Shown: positions 4,928 through 6,104 of the stretch, in pieces
Numbering within the stretch: the first letter of the stretch is position 1
Layout of the letters: every line of letters starts with the position of its first letter
Virus record (IMG/VR): IMGVR_UViG_3300020040_000004
Span: 1 to 6,104 of that record
DNA length: 6,104 bases
Reading direction: 5' to 3' (one strand)
Source: a virus
The notes under the pieces: generated by a model
What the model saw: the letters and a program-made list of their open reading frames with translations, nothing else
Database searches by the model: none
What the model was told of the DNA's origin: nothing
Program-made: the position numbers and the translations under genes

Positions 4928-5224
4928 CTATTTTTCTTCAGAATTGGCAGATTTCGAAGCAGACTTCGATCTATCCAACTCTGAGTCAATGAGTTCCTGT
5001 CCGACCTCGAGACCGTCAAACTTATCCATACGGGAAAACGAGTTAGGATCGAAGTCGATATCAGGGTTGAACTTCTCACCCTTATCAAAATCAGCCGACG
5101 ATGCCTCAACATCTGGACGACCAGGAAGGACGTCGACAGAACCAGAACCGTCGAGAACAGAAAGAATACGCTGACCGCGAGAAACGTAAGCTTCGCGATC
5201 TTCAATCATCCAATCTAATGCCAT
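4928..5224 (-). CDS. Hypothetical highly acidic protein, 98 aa, directly downstream of VP1. It may be a scaffolding-type protein.
   Basis: ATG at 5224-5222, 11 nt after the VP1 stop. By hand count it has 23 D+E against 12 K+R (net about -11). It contains D-rich repeats such as DFDKGEKFNPDIDFDPNSF. I recognise no family, and the scaffold idea rests only on position and charge. Confidence 0.65.
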   Translation of the reverse strand: MALDWMIEDREAYVSRGQRILSVLDGSGSVDVLPGRPDVEASSADFDKGEKFNPDIDFDPNSFSRMDKFDGLEVGQELIDSELDRSKSASKSANSEEK

Positions 5225-5235
5225 AAAATGTAATA

Positions 5236-6104
5236 TTATCGGTTAGACAAACGGGTTGCAAAGGTTTTGTTAATCAGGTTCTTCTTCTGAACAGCGTAAG
5301 ACATATTCACAAAGAAATTATCTTCCACGTCAGAAGCGAAAGGAGAATTAACTTGCGACATGTCGACGAAAAGGGCAGGCGCGTAATCAGCCTTCGAAGG
5401 CCAATAGGAACTCCAATTCAATTGCCGCTGCTGTACCCAATAAGCATAAAGATTTCGACCTTTAACAGATCCAGCGGTACTAGAAATTTGACCTAAAACT
5501 TCATCATAAGAAGACCGAAACTCATTAAAGCAGGGCTCTTGTGAAAAAGTAGACTCGACGACGCCGCCAACAAGATTGCCAAAACGCCAATTAGGTACGC
5601 TCTGATATCCTATATCATTGTAGATTGGGTTGAAATAATCAGAGCCTCGATAATTCAAGTAGTCAGGTTTAATCTGCGACCAGTAATAAACAGGTCGAAT
5701 ACTTAGCATATCAATCAAATAACCAGGTTCGCGGAAGTAATAGGACTGTCGGCGACCAAGGCGATCATTAAAGGCAATAGCGCCACCCTGCTGACCAAGA
5801 GGACCGGTCGCACCCGGATTACCAAAATTATTTTGTCCGGCTTGATTCATAATAACCTGCACGTTAATAGTCTGAGAAGCGCTAAAGAGAAGTTTCGGCC
5901 GATCAACATGCTCAATCTTAGAGGCAAAAAACGTCTCGAGCCAATCGCTATAACGAGAACCACCAGCACCGAGGAGATCTTTGTACTCCTGAAGACGGGA
6001 AGCAATAGCCAACTGCGGAATAGTTTGGACACCAGTCATCGAAACGGCAGAGCTACTACCAATAGGAAGAAGCCGACTAAATCGATCAGGATTAGCCGGG
6101 ATGA
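5236..6104 (-). CDS. VP1: Major capsid protein (VP1 / F-like), C-terminal part. Positions 5984-6104 duplicate 1-121.
   Basis: The listed ORF 5236-6039 starts at an internal Met. The frame stays open upstream to the window end and joins 1076..1 in frame. It contains IASRLQEYKDLLGAGGSRYSDWLETFF, matching the conserved LQ.y.e..arGGsRY.e block of microvirus capsids. TAA is at 5238-5236. Confidence 0.93.
   Translation of the reverse strand, partial: IPANPDRFSRLLPIGSSSAVSMTGVQTIPQLAIASRLQEYKDLLGAGGSRYSDWLETFFASKIEHVDRPKLLFSASQTINVQVIMNQAGQNNFGNPGATGPLGQQGGAIAFNDRLGRRQSYYFREPGYLIDMLSIRPVYYWSQIKPDYLNYRGSDYFNPIYNDIGYQSVPNWRFGNLVGGVVESTFSQEPCFNEFRSSYDEVLGQISSTAGSVKGRNLYAYWVQQRQLNWSSYWPSKADYAPALFVDMSQVNSPFASDVEDNFFVNMSYAVQKKNLINKTFATRLSNR
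5984..6104. repeat. Direct terminal repeat, right copy (identical to 1-121)
   Basis: Exact 121/121 identity with the window start. Confidence 0.97.

Overview
The window is one complete circular genome of a small ssDNA phage (family Microviridae) plus an assembly overlap. Positions 1-121 repeat exactly at 5984-6104, so the unit length is 5,983 nt. The sequence is given as the complement of the coding (virion-sense) strand, and all eight credible genes lie on the minus strand. Three core genes are recognisable. The first is the rolling-circle replication initiator (VP4/A-like, 1080-2150). The second is the major capsid protein (VP1/F-like, 607 aa), which is split by the linearisation point into 1076..1 and 5983..5236. 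The third is the DNA pilot/minor capsid protein (VP2/H-like, 3321-4601). Five small genes have no function I can recognise: a 66-aa basic protein coupled to VP4, a 106-aa plus 107-aa pair, a 98-aa very acidic protein after VP1, and a small membrane protein or lipoprotein coupled to VP2. Genes are tightly packed (TAATG overlap, 1-11 nt spacers) and none has a Shine-Dalgarno sequence, which suggests a Bacteroidota-type host. The feature least explained by coding is a 239-nt GC-rich, ATG-free intergenic module (2351-2589). It holds seven stem-loops, including a canonical intrinsic terminator and a perfect three-way junction. A second long hairpin with a U tract sits between the capsid and pilot gene blocks. 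I see no defence system, CRISPR array, tRNA, integrase or transposase. The functional ideas in the findings are hypotheses from hand analysis, not database results.
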